NCBI GenBank assembly: GCA_051294375.1
Contig: CM119267.1
Span: forward strand, 19,853,546-19,917,545
From: Paraspadella gotoi
Lineage: Eukaryota; Animalia; Chaetognatha
Reading direction: 5' to 3'
DNA length: 64,000 bases
Shown: piece by piece, positions 42,385 to 60,326 of the stretch
Position numbering within the stretch: position 1 is the stretch's first letter
How the letters are laid out: each line of letters opens with the position of its first letter
Program-made: the position numbers and the translations under genes
Notes under the pieces: generated by a model
Databases searched by the model: none
Told to the model about the DNA's origin: nothing
What the model saw: only the letters and a program-made list of their open reading frames with translations

Positions 42385-45300
42385 TCACACGAGCTGAGGA
42401 ATTTCTTCGGTTCGTTGGACGGGACATTCCTCGCACCAACACTCGACGGGTTTCGCGTCATTTTCCTCGGGGGGTTTTATCACAGGAGTGGGTATGATTA
42501 TGTCCGAGACTCTTTCCAACCGCCCGACGTAACTTCCGTACTGAATCTTTTGCCCGGCGACGACGTCAAACTTGAAATTCTTTGGCGCTTCGAATATGAG
42601 GACTATGGAAGAACCCAAGTTGAACTCGCCAATCGGGTCTCCCTTCTTCAAATCGATCGGGGAACTAAAAATCTTTTCTTTTGGGAAACTTTTGGTTTTC
42701 CTCATTCTTCTGGAGAGATTGGTCGCGAGTTCGGGATCGAAATACGCTTTGATCGAGCCAACGTTGGTGGCGCCGACAGGAGCGAAACAAAAGAAACCGT
42801 GTTCCCAGGATCCAGAGTAAACGACACGTTCGTTATAATTGAACAATCCCTAAAAAAAGAATTTTAAACATAGTAGATTCGCATCCCGTGCTTGTGTATG
42901 TTGTGGTGAATCTTGCAAAAGTAATGAGTACAGAATTTAACTTTCTTGACTAAGTGAAGTTAAAAACGAAAAGTTGCAGCTCAAACCGTTGGACTCTTCT
43001 TGAAGAAAAAAAATCTTGGGCAAGAAAGGAAAGGTGGTGGAGATTCTATGAGCACGTTTTTGGAAAAAATGTTTTTCGTTTCAAAGATATCAAGGAATTA
43101 ATCCCAAAAATTTACTAAAATAATCAAATTTTCTATGAAGGAAACCAAATTTTGAAAGTATCTTTTCATAGAATTGGAGTTCGTGACCTAAAGGTAATTC
43201 ATGCCAAATTTCATGAGAAACCGCCTTACCGTTTGGGCTGCAACTCTTCAAATAGGTTTCTTTTATTTTATATAGTACAAAAAAAATCGAAAAAACGATG
43301 ACGCCTTTGAAAAAATAGTAAAGTGAATATATTTTCGGAATCGTCAGGAGCTCTCCTTTTGAAATCAGAGCTCGGTTTTAGCCTATTTATATTATAATTT
43401 GAATTGAGTGATCCCGGACCTTAAATAGATGGTTAGAAGCAAATTAGTTTGCCAATATTGAAGCGTACTATCTAGGAAAAAAGTATATGATATTTTTAAT
43501 AAAAGATATCTACTCGAAAACTTATTTAATTTAAAAAAAATCAGAACGTTTCCGAATCTATATTGAATTTTCTTGCAGTAGCTTCTTTCTATTTTTTGTA
43601 GGTCAAATCGTTTAGAAGTTACAGGCAAAAAAATATTATTACTTCAAATGAAAAATAGCGAAAAAAAATATATTTAATTTTCTACCATTTTTGGTATTTA
43701 GTTATTTGTTTTTATTTTAAATAGAATTCATTATTTTTTAAATATTTTTTTAATTTGGCAATACTAAAAGCCTTGTACCTCTTTCTGGTTCAAAAAAGTA
43801 TTATTATAACTCTCAGAAAAGAGGGAAAGATGCGCAACATTAATATCGGGGCTGCGCAGAATTGCATTAAAGATGTCGAAAAACATTTAACTGTCATACC
43901 TCAATTTGCTGTATAAGAGCATACCCAGACAAAAGCAGGCAGTAGTTGATGCCGAGGAAGGGTATACCAAATATTGAGAATATCATCATAATGTTTTACC
44001 CATATTTTATATACTTTTTATGGAATAAATGAATTATGTCATATACTTTTTTCCTAGATAGTAATATACATTTTTTTGCTTAGCAATACAAATTTTATAA
44101 TTTTATAATAAATAATAGTTTTAAATTTATTTTAATTGAAATTTTTCTGTTTGAGGTAGAAAATGAATTGTTTACATTCGAGTTTTATAAAGAAACAAAT
44201 TTCGGATATGTTTCAGCTTCAATGTAAGCTTTCATCAGCGTAAAAACGAATTGATTTGTTTGTAAAAGTTTGTGAAAATATTTTTTTTACAAATCAATTC
44301 GTTTTTACGTAAATAATCATGGAAAGGAAGGGAAAAACAATATTTTTGTTATATTTTTTAAATAGTTAGAAATTGGGTTAAGCTTGGTTAGGGATTAGAG
44401 GTGGTTAGGGGTGGTTAGGAATTTGTAATAAAAAGCTTTTCTACCCTTACCAATATTTTTTTTATTTGCGTAGCAAGATTTCTATATAAGTCTCATAAGA
44501 AGCACAAAAAAAAATAACCGACCGCAAAATCCCGGTCGGCGAATGTAAAAATAAGCCGTAATATGTATAGTAGAGTGTAGTGAAAGTTTAGAATCAAAAT
44601 CAAAAATCGGCATTTTAAATATAATTTTTTATATTTTAAAAAAATATATAATTCTTTTTTAAAAATTATTTTATTATTAGCTTTTTGTAAAGAATCCAAA
44701 TCCGATCTTAAATTTAAAAAATTGTATTTTAAAATTGTAATCTATTATATAATTATTATTTTATATAAATATAACTCATTGCTACCCAATAATGTATAAA
44801 ATTAAAAAATAAATTAATTAAAATATTTTTATTAATTTTTATTTTCATGCTTAATATGCTAAATTTTATTTTTGTTAAATTTTATCATTTTCACATCACT
44901 CTAATGTATAGGTATGTATGGATGTATAAATATGAATTTAGCCTACCTTCAGCCATCTCGTTACTCCTGGACTGACACTGAATAAATCCCCCGGAAAATG
45001 CCTTCGCCTTTCTACTCTCCAATTGGCGGGCGAATGATAGCGATGGTAATCTCCGGGGGCCAGGTAAAGGACACAATGGAACAGGCAATTTTCCACCGGA
45101 TTCTTCAAGAGCGAATCGGAACCATTTTTTTCTTCCTGATCATTCCTTTCATCGATTCCCAAAAATCCGTCTAGCGAATAACTCACTCCTTTCACCTAAA
45201 AACGATAGAGTATTTTTAAAACGGGTGTATTTACCCCCTTAATCAATTTATCTTACTACCTGTTCAAGGGAGCCCTCCTGAACTTTCCCGAAATGAACAA

Positions 45301-45802
45301 CGCGACCATCGGAGGGAGAAACAATGAGCGCGCTGCCATCGATGGGTCTCGATCTCGCCTTCAACGCGCGTCGAAACAACGAGCCCAAATTTGGATATTC
45401 TCGAAGGTCCTCGACCGCCGCTTCTTCCATGTTGCATCCGAACGCGCCCACGTAAAGGCCGAGCAAAGGCCGCCTCAGGGCGACCGGAAGGTCTAAATCG
45501 TTCAAGAAGCCCCAAATTCGCGAAATAGCTCGTAAGGGGAGCAACTTGTAGAGGAGAATCTCTCCTTTGAAAGCTGTACGAGGGGGGTCAAGAGAGCCGT
45601 CAGAGATGGCTCTATGCTTTTCCCAAGTGTCTTTGATAGGATCAGTCCACCGACGGTAGCCATAATAACCGATCGCGGCGATTGGAAGAAGCCAAACACG
45701 ACCGGACGAGCTACTTGGCAAAGTTGAACTATGACGAGAAAGTACTGAGAATAGATTACCAGGTCTCACTTTGATTTTAAGAAAATCACGTTGATAGACC
45801 AT
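42385..45802 (-). CDS. PISD: Phosphatidylserine decarboxylase proenzyme, mitochondrial (3 exons)
   Basis: LPLRAISRIWG, FRRALKARSRPI, VSPSDGRVVHFG, EQVKGVSYSL, YLAPGDYHRYHSP, RRHFPGDLFSVSP, LFNYNERV, VGATNVGSI and GEFNLGSSIVLIFEAP (autocleavage LGS[S/T]). Confidence 0.96.
43466..44063. mobile_element. MITE (~600 bp) with perfect 25-bp terminal inverted repeats in PISD intron
   Basis: TACTATCTAGGAAAAAAGTATATGA (43466-43490) is the exact reverse complement of 44039-44063. The outer TA may be a Tc1/mariner-type TSD. Confidence 0.8.
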
Positions 45803-46114
45803 TTTGGTCGAAAATTTACATCTGAAACAAATAAATACAATATTGATTGATAAGGTGCTTATCTGATTTTTATCCTTTTGCGCTTGAGCAAAACAAAAGC
45901 TAACCTACGACACAATGCTTCAGCAAAAATGAATATTACACAGAACGTTCTTATAGAATTGTTAAAACTCAATTCGTACAGTCACGTATGATCGAAATAA
46001 AATGTAACTTAGATATAAGTAAATCTTTAGTGTTAGATTTCGTTAAACAAACCAACCGAAATATGCTTGTGTACTCTGTTCTAACGACCAAGGTCCCATC
46101 CGTTTGCACAAGTT

Positions 46115-46585
46115 TCATTCGCTATTCTCCAGAGCTTCTTTTCTCATCTCAGCCATGGTAAATAATGGAGGGTTTATCCCGATGCTCGGGTGAGGAGGAC
46201 AGTTCCAAAACATGTTTTTATCGATAAAGTAGCCCATCGAAAGCGTGACGATAAACGAGAGGACGCCCATGCCCAGAAGCATGTTGTATTTCCCTTGCTT
46301 TTCACTATTCTTTTGCTGCCAATTCCCTAGAAAATAAACTTACTTATTCAACGAACTTCTAATCGTCAAACCATCCTCATTTTCCTTAATCAGTTAGTCA
46401 GTTTAGTCACCTTGCGGCTGCGGAAGGTAGTCGTATGTCGTGTGGTAGAATTCATCCTCTTCGCGTTGGGTCATAGACTTGGAGTGCGCGACGTAGGCTT
46501 TGGTTCGAGATGCGGACACGAGTCCGCCGGCAACGCGCTGGCAGTGAACGTGCACCAACGTGCGGTTCAAAGCGCGACCCAGCAT
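46115..46585 (-). CDS. Small mitochondrial single-TM protein of the deltamethrin-resistance prag01 family (COX7B-like), 2 exons
   Basis: Arg/Ala/Ser-rich presequence MLGRALNRTLV..., then TTYDYLPQPQG|NWQQKNSEKQGKYNMLLGMGVLSFIVTLSMGYF, matching the family pattern T-x-D-x-LP-x-P-x-G-x-W...YN followed by a TM helix. Confidence 0.75.
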
Positions 46586-46695
46586 TATTCCTTCGTTAAA
46601 TTTTAGAACTAAAAAAAAAATAAAAAATTCAACAATTGTAAAAATGTCACCAAAAGTGACTATCCCAAGTAATACAGTAGTATCATTATTTATAG

Positions 46696-49259
46696 TCATT
46701 TTTTTAAAGAAAATTTGAGTCTTTGAATAGAAGCGTCTAATTCTTGCAAGCCCGCTCTGAACTGCAATTCATCTTGAGACGCCAAAGAAGATACGGAACC
46801 CGGATGATCCTCCATTAATCCGTCGACGTTACTGGCGGCGCTGATTGAAGATATTTCTGATATGCCCGTCAGAGTAGAATCGTCATCCAACGGAATAAAA
46901 GATTTTGATAAATCCACCTTCGATTTTGAGGCGGCGTGGGCGGGCTTAGTAGGTGAATTAAATGGAGTAGAAAGCGGCGTGGATTGAGCGATAGCGCTGC
47001 TTGGTCTCTCTTTTGTCGATGTCGTTATTGAGGTGGAACCTCGGCGATCGGCGTGAGCGTCCGTTTGGAGTCCGTACTTCTTAAGATATTCGGAAACGCT
47101 GAAGCGAGACGCGTCATTCTCCTTAGCTTCAGTCTCGGATGGCGCTGGTGAGGATGACAGTGTGACGGAAGGCTGTCTAGGGGGCGAGGAGGGGCAAGGG
47201 TGATAAGATCTCGGCGGCGGCGGCGGCGATTGTGCGGGAATCGCTAACTTGGCGGGATGAGCAGATATTTTTCTTGGATGATCGTTCGATTTTTCCAAAA
47301 ATTCCCTAAGACTATCAGTGACTCCGGAGGGAATCCTTAAATCGCTGGATTTTTTAGCAATGGACGTTACCGAAGAAGCGGCAGAAGCCACACATTCGGT
47401 GCCAATGTTGCAAAAAGGTCCGTCACCACCTGGACCAACTAGATGGACGCTAGGCTTGGCAAAAGAAAGTGGCAATGGGAGAGCCATTGGAAGTTCTTCG
47501 GGGCCAGGACTTTGCAACTCTTCGACAAGCGCAGTCATGCTGCGCTGTAGCGAATGCACCAAGTCTTTCAACCGAACAATCTCATTCTCTCGGTCTTTTA
47601 AAGTTACATTCATGACCTTTAGGCGCTCATCCCTTTCCCGGATATTGATAGCGGAACGAGCGAGATCTTGTTCATATCTTTCCACGTCCTTACGAAGTCG
47701 CGAGGATTCCTCAAGGGCATCGAGACGGACTTTGTCGGCATCCCCATCTTTGGCACCCATTAAACGAAGAAGGTCCTGACGTTCGGATACGAGAGTTGAC
47801 TTTTCAGATTGTAGGAGATCTACTTCCTTCTTGATAAGGGATATCTGCAAGGAAATAAAGAAAATTATAAACCAACACAAAGAAGTCATTGGCCGACTAA
47901 TTATAATCGAACCTCCTTTTCGTAGGCTATAAGCTTTTCCTTTACTGAGATGGCCTTGACCTTGATTGAAGAGCAACTGACTAAGCCTTCCACGTCGTCA
48001 AATATTCGAGTTAGCGCTTCCGATTCTTTCTGTAGCGTCTGATGACTCGTTGAAATTTGCCGCAATCTCGTTCTGAGTGACGCATTTTCGTTTCTCAATG
48101 GCTGGAGAGCCAAATCCACGTCGACGCTGCTGAAACTGGTCGTCGACGCATCCTCCTCACAGGGTGGGGCTATTGGTGTCGTTACATAGTTGGCCTTCTG
48201 CATCATGGACACGATTTTGTCGACGGCTTCCAGGATACGGCTGGCGTGGGAATCCAACTCTAGGTACTTTGACTTCAAAACGTCCTTCAACTCGTTTAGG
48301 AGAAAGCGCAATGCACGGCGTTGACTGTGAAAAGTTTGGAGGTCGTCCTGGTATTCCCCCTCTTTAAAGCCAGCTTCATTGATTTCAGCTTGAACTGCCT
48401 TTGATGGCGACAAAGAAAACGCGGCTGGATCAGGATCAGAGTCTCTTACCGGAATTTCCTTGCAATCTCCGGCCATAATGTTTTGAGTGGGCAAGGAAAC
48501 TGCACTTTTGGTGAATGTAAATTTTTCTACCGAGACCGCACCATTACGTTCTCTAGGTGGAGTCGTAGCCGGAGTCGTCGCGTTCCAGGTCGCAACCGAC
48601 GGTTTCAGTCCGAGTCTGACTTCTTTCGATTTGTGGACGCAGTCTTCTAGCGGCTGTTGACAGCAAGGTCTCACAAATCGTTTCGGTTGCTCAATCTCCT
48701 GGTGGGTTTTTTGCGACTCTTTTAATCTGTTTTGATGCTGCTTCATCGAGACGGCGATTGCAACTTTAGGCTTAACGTTTTTGACGCTAATAGTTTTTCG
48801 TTTGATCGTTTTTGGAAAATTCTTGGAATTTTTCCTCTCGTGCGTTTTTTTCAGAGGTTCGGGCTTCGCGTTCTCTTTATCGACTTTGAAACCGAGATGT
48901 TCGATAACCTCGTTGGCGACAAGGGTTTCGTCAAAATCGTCGTCCAAAGCAACCTCCTTGCCCAACAGTAACGAAATCAAGCGCGAAACTTTATCCATGT
49001 TTTTCTTAGTCCCGGTGATCGTACTGTCCGAATCGGTCGAATACAGCGAATAGGTCCTTTTTCCAGTCCCCTCGCCCGGACAAAGCGTGGCGGCTTCGTT
49101 CATCACGCCCGGCCTTCGAGACGCGTCCTCGGCTCTTTTTAGCAAAGAAATAAGGCTTTCCACGCTGTTTTTTCTAGAGGAGACGCTGGGATTCTCGGAC
49201 GCTACCACGCTAGAATTAAGGCATCTCGGATGATCCGCATTTATGGCGGAAAGGGCCAT
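46696..49259 (-). CDS. CCDC14: Coiled-coil domain-containing protein 14 (centriolar satellite protein), at least 2 coding exons
   Basis: RALRFLLNELKDVL and VDLALQPLRNENASLRTRLRQI resemble the conserved CCDC14 motifs, followed by a long coiled coil and C-terminal DELQFRAGLQELDASIQRLK. The start codon is tentative. Confidence 0.78.
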
Positions 49260-49399
49260 GACTGAAATCCAAACCAAATTTCGGTCTTGCGCATTTGTTT
49301 CTCTCTTGAGCCACAAACCCTAAGTCTAAGTATAAGAATAATCGTGACCAGATTAGGACGAAAAACGACGAATAGTAATAGAAAAACCACACCTTAACT

Positions 49400-50060
49400 C
49401 ACCGCTATCATCCACGTTCCACCATCATCGTGGCGTGTATCGTCGGCCAAAGGTCCGCCCTTCCTCGATGTCCGCCGAATCTGCCTCTAACAACGAGGTC
49501 CTTCTTCGCCTCGGCGAACACGAGGGTCGTCCGCCGCTGCCGAGACCGAGACCCCGAACAACGAGGCCGACGAAACAGAGAAGACGCGTCCAATGACGTT
49601 GCCGAGTCCAATGAGCTCGACGAATCCGAGGTCCGTCTTTGCTTCTCAAAAGAAGCGACTCAAAGCCCAAATGGCCGCCGCCTCTGTTTGGAAAACCGCA
49701 TTCCTCTCCAACTCAAATTAACATTTTCATAGAAGAAAAGCTTTTTATCTATTTATAATCACAAATTGTCGTCGAAAACTATATCACAACTTGCATGTAT
49801 TTCGGTTGCTTTTTTAAATTAATATTTATTGTAATTTCGTACAACTTTTAACGATTTCTCGATTTATTGCCGTTTTGTTTCGAAAGAACCGGAAATATTT
49901 TTTTTTACAGTCATTAAAAAATAAATGCTCCTTAATAAATACGTATTAATATTTTAATTATTCTACTTTACAGATTATAACACAAGCTGCTTTGTTCCGG
50001 CGGAAATTAATGAACTGCAATCGTTTCCTTCTCCGTCTGGACATTGACCCGGTGAGTAAC
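49400..50060. promoter_or_regulatory. Candidate divergent promoter / strand-switch region with 5' non-coding exons on both strands
   Basis: The only divergent arrangement in the window. Minus-strand donor G|GTGAGT at ~49401, plus-strand donor G|GTGAGT at ~50052, a GC-rich block at 49400-49710, an ETS-like CCGGAA at ~49889 and TTCCGGCGGAA at ~49995. Confidence 0.5.
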
Positions 50061-50125
50061 GTGAACCCTTGCTCTTTTTTTTTAAATTAGGGACTACTTA
50101 GTCTAAGAGTAATATAGTCAAAATC

Positions 50126-50629
50126 GAGGCCTTAAACCACCAAAGCCTGTCCAAAGTCAGGGACAAGATAGCTTATTTATAAAATGAATGGATAATTTTT
50201 ATATTGGTTGTACCAATTTCATAAAATTCAGCTCCTTGTATTTTGATGCTAGTGCGGAGTACAATACAGTATTCCCCGATCTAATACTTAAGGGAGTGGT
50301 CTTTTCATACAATTGAAACATTTTTTGAAATATTATACCACTTCATTGATAGGTAAGCCAGGTTCACTGGGAGTGAATAAATAAGACTGTGAGAGAGTCT
50401 TGATTGAAAGCTTGCAGAAACCTGCTATGTTATTATCTTGTAAGTGTGATGGAGGCCTTAAACCACCAAAGCCTGTCCAAAGTCAGGGACAAGATAGCTT
50501 ATTTATAAAATGAATGGATAATTTTTATATTGTTGTACCAATTTCATAATATATATAATAATATATATAATATATATAATTTATTAAATGAATGGATAAT
50601 TTTTATATTGGTTGTACCAATTTCATAAT
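50126..50629 (+). repeat. ~98-bp direct duplication plus a partial third copy
   Basis: GAGGCCTTAAACCACCAAAGCCTGTCCAAAGTCAGGGACAAGATAGC...TTGTACCAATTTCATAA at 50126-50224 and 50452-50549; the 3' 40 bp recur at ~50587-50629. Confidence 0.9.
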
Positions 50630-51117
50630 ATAAATTAAAATTTAAATAGCGAGTTATTTGACTTTCATTAACGCTCGACGATGGGGAAAAAACAATTCCC
50701 TAGAATGTAAATACTTTTTCCAGCGTCTGTCCGTTGCCCTTCAACGAGGCAACGCAAACCTCATGATAAACCGCGAATATTAACTCTCATTTTAAGTCAT
50801 CTTTCCTAAAATAATCTACATGGGGGGAAAAAATATATATATATATACTTGTTGTTTAACTCAAAATTTCCTATAATAAAATCTTCATTCTCGACGATCT
50901 ACTTTTATGACAAAATCATCATCACTTTCATTTTGACAATTGCTTTTTCTTCACGATATATTATTATTAAATTGTTGTCTTTCTTTTCTTTTTCCAGAAA
51001 AAAAAACAACAATCTCAATATCACAGATATAAATTTAAATATAGTTTATGTCTCGCAATATTATTCCATATTATAACCGTGACAATTACTCCGTTTTCAG
51101 AAAAAGGAGAAAAAACT

Positions 51118-51495
51118 ATGAAGCTCTTGACGCACAACATGCTGACGTCGAACATTATAAAGGGCGTCACGAAAGGGTTTCCGCTTTTGATCGAAGTGAC
51201 GAAGATCGAAGAGCGAGAAATTGAGTTTAGTTCTGACTTCATCGCCCGCATGGTGCCAAAACTGGAATGGGACGCTCTCGTCTCCACCGCCACTTCCATC
51301 GACAAAGGCGACCAGCTTCCAGTTTCCCCCCCGGAAGACTATGAGAACGACGAAGAGTTCCTTCGCTGTCTCCATCACGTCCTCCTCGAGGTGGAGTTGA
51401 TGGATGGACATTTAGTTTGTCCCGAGTCCGGGCGGAAGTTTCCAGTGTCCAACGGGATCCCCAACATGCTACTCAACGAGGACGAGGTCCCGTGA
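51118..51495 (+). CDS. TRMT112: Multifunctional methyltransferase subunit TRM112, single exon
   Basis: MKLLTHNMLTSNIIKGVTKGFPL...HHVLLEVELMDGHLVCPESGRKFPVSNGIPNMLLNEDEV. TTTTCAG acceptor ends at 51100. Confidence 0.97.
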   Translation: MKLLTHNMLTSNIIKGVTKGFPLLIEVTKIEEREIEFSSDFIARMVPKLEWDALVSTATSIDKGDQLPVSPPEDYENDEEFLRCLHHVLLEVELMDGHLVCPESGRKFPVSNGIPNMLLNEDEVP

Positions 51496-51848
51496 CTCGA
51501 AAATTTTGCGAAATTGAAATGATTGTTTGAAATTCTTTCATGTGATCTGTTTATTTTCAATTTCTCATGAGGTTTTCGTTATTATTGTTTTCTTTTTCCT
51601 TAGTGTAGTGCACGGGACCGAACTGAAGTGCATAAATATTGTAAAAAACTTTGTACATCGCCCCTCACTCGAAAAATGAAACATTAAAGAGGTCTTTGCG
51701 GAATATTAGTAAATGCAAATATTGAAAATAATCAGCGTTTTTCTGATTACCGTTACCGCTACTTTCAGGGGTTTTTATTTTTTTGGAGCATAGAATAATA
51801 TGTTTAAAAGCGCAAACTCCGGTTTATAGTTACTGTTAAAATTTGGCG

Positions 51849-58041
<6,193 letters not shown>

Positions 58042-59108
58042 ATCAATGTTTCAACGGTAAAAAAAATCGTGCCTTTCTAAGTAATGAAGTTAACTATACT
58101 GCTGTGCCAAATACGAATGATATACGCAATTCCGTCCATATTAACATTATTTTAATAAGGCCCTTATCTTTATCTTTATTTGCTTTTACATTAAATTTTC
58201 ATCGTTTCTTACTTGATAATGTTATCATCCTAAATTTGTCGTAATTTTTTGGAAATATAATTGCATTAAACGACCATTTACAAATCAAAATCTGATGATT
58301 ACTTCAATAACTAGTAATTAATAGCTACATAATACATTAGTACATAGTCCTTACAGGTTCTTGTACAAGTTAGCGCTTAACTTTACCGTTGGACTTCCTA
58401 TTTAATTCACTGACTATTAATCGTATCGTGGCCTCGCTGCCCCCGGCCTCGTAAAGATGAAATAATTCTCTGACGCTGGAATTAAAGCCATGGTTTGCAA
58501 TTCCAACTGCTTTTTAAAATTACACCACTTTCTATAAAAATTACTAGATCGAAAAATTAGAAAATTGTCAAGAATTTATGAATTTATTTGTATACGTATT
58601 AAACCCGAAAATTCTCAACCTAAGTGGACGAAATGAAACCGCTGAATTTTTTTACAAACCAGAATAAGATTTAAGGAAAAAAAAAGCATGGAAATCTCGA
58701 AAAATCTAAAAATTCACCTCGGCGTCGCCGTTGAAGACTTCATCTACGCAGAGCCCGTCGAGACTTTTTAAACAGAAAGAAAACATTCGTCATAATCCAT
58801 CATCCGCCTGTCGTCGTTGTCGTTGTTGCCACTACCCTCTCTACCACCGCCGCCATTCCCGTTCATGAAATTAAAGAAAAGAAACAAGTTTGAGCAAAAA
58901 ATGTAGGATCTACCTACGATAATTAAGCGGTAATAAGCTGATCCGATGATAAATCACAGTAATTTATTCTTACTTTCAATTTGTGATTTTAACTGATCAA
59001 ATGACAAATCATAACATAACAAATCATAACAGACTTCTTTATAAATCTATGAAAAAATCTATAAATTGATATATTAATCTTTACCATAAGCTGCGCTAAT
59101 ACCAACTA

Positions 59109-59372
59109 TTTTGGTCAACTTGCATAATTTGATCAACTGACATAATTTGGTCAGCTGGCATAATTTGGTTAATAGGCATAATTTGGTCAACTGGCATAAT
59201 TTGGTCAACTGACGTAATTTGGTCAACTGGCATAATTTTTTGTCAACTGGCATAATTTGGTCAACTTGCTCAATTTGGTCAACTGACATAATTTGGTCTA
59301 CTGACATAATTTGGTCAACCGGCATAATTTAGTCAACTGTTATAATTTGGCCAACTGGCATAATTTGGTCAA
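59109..59372. repeat. 18-bp minisatellite (TTTGGTCAACTGGCATAA)n
   Basis: About 14 diverged tandem copies. Confidence 0.93.
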
Positions 59373-59561
59373 TCAATCAATCAGAGAAAGATAGAGAAAA
59401 ACTTTTAAACTGGTAAAAATTCTGGTAAAATATCTCTCTCTCTCTGCGTTTTTTTAAAAAAAAATTGGAATTAGGATTGAACTCGTAAAATTATGCATCG
59501 CATTCGTTCATGTTATCATTTTGTAGGAGTCTACGCCGTTCTTAGAGATCGAGGAAGACTT

Positions 59562-59586
59562 NNNNNNNNNNNNNNNNNNNNNNNNN
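59562..59586. other. Assembly gap (N run)
   Basis: 25 consecutive n characters. Confidence 0.99.
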
Positions 59587-59603
59587 AAAGAGAGAGATTA
59601 TCC

Positions 59604-60124
59604 TTCAAAAAGTATGCATACTTTGAAAAAGTATGCATACTTTGAAAAAAGTATGCATACTTTTGAAAAAAAAGTATGCATAACTTTGAAAAAAGTATGC
59701 ATACTTTGAAAAAAGTATGCATACTAAAAAAAGTATGCAAACTTTGAAAAAAGTATGCAAACTTTTAAAAAGTAGCATACTTTGAAAAAAGTATGCATAT
59801 TTAAAAAAAGTATGCATACTTTCAAAAAAAGTATGCATAGCTTCAAAAAAATATGCATACTTCAAAAAAGTATGCATACTTTGAAAAAAGTATGCATATT
59901 TTAAAAAAGTATGCATTACTTCAAAAAAGTATGCATACTTTGAAAAAGTATGCATATTTTAAAAAAGTATGCATACTTCAAAAAAGTATGCATACTTCAA
60001 AAAAGTATGCATATTTGAAAAAAGTATGCATACTTTAAAAAAAGTATGCATACTTTTTTCAAAGTATGCATACTTTTTGAAGTATGCATACTTTTTTTAA
60101 AATATGCAATACTTTTTTCAAAGT
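59604..60124. repeat. ~20-21-bp satellite with palindromic core AAAGTATGCATACTTT, orientation flip near 60050
   Basis: About 25 units of AAAAAAGTATGCATACTTTG; the last 3-4 units have T-run rather than A-run spacers. Confidence 0.93.
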
Positions 60125-60137
60125 CACGTCACGTCAA

Positions 60138-60326
60138 ATGAATGACTATCATCGCATCAATGAATGATTAATCATCCGATCAATGAAGGACTATCATCGC
60201 ATCAATGAATGATTATCATCGCATCAATGAATGATATCATCGCATCCATCTATTTGGTTATCATCGTATCCTTCGGTTATCTTCGCATCCAATATTTGTT
60301 ATCATCGCATCAATATTTGTTATCAT
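60138..60326 (+). repeat. Tandem ~21-bp repeat (ATGAATGATTATCATCGCATCA-like) related to the HINE core
   Basis: Units TATCATCGCATC and TATTTGGTTATCATCG resemble 56140-56220 and the reverse complement of 36300-36350. Confidence 0.7.

Noticed and set aside
43195-43280. Helitron-like terminal sequence (GCCAAATTTCATG...CCGTTTGG...TATATAG)
   Set aside because: Resemblance from memory only; no second copy or clear ends in the window.
44376-44420. Interstitial telomere-like GGTTAG repeats
   Set aside because: Few, degenerate and irregularly spaced; common in TE subtermini.
49408-49732. Short ORFs on both strands in the GC-rich block
   Set aside because: No recognisable domain and no consistent start or splice context; treated as a leader/promoter region instead.
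59074-60038. Repetitive ORFs (QLTKLC, MHTF/KYAYF) and a possible CRISPR-like array
   Set aside because: Translations of tandem satellites. Units are contiguous without unique spacers, there are no cas genes, and the context is eukaryotic.
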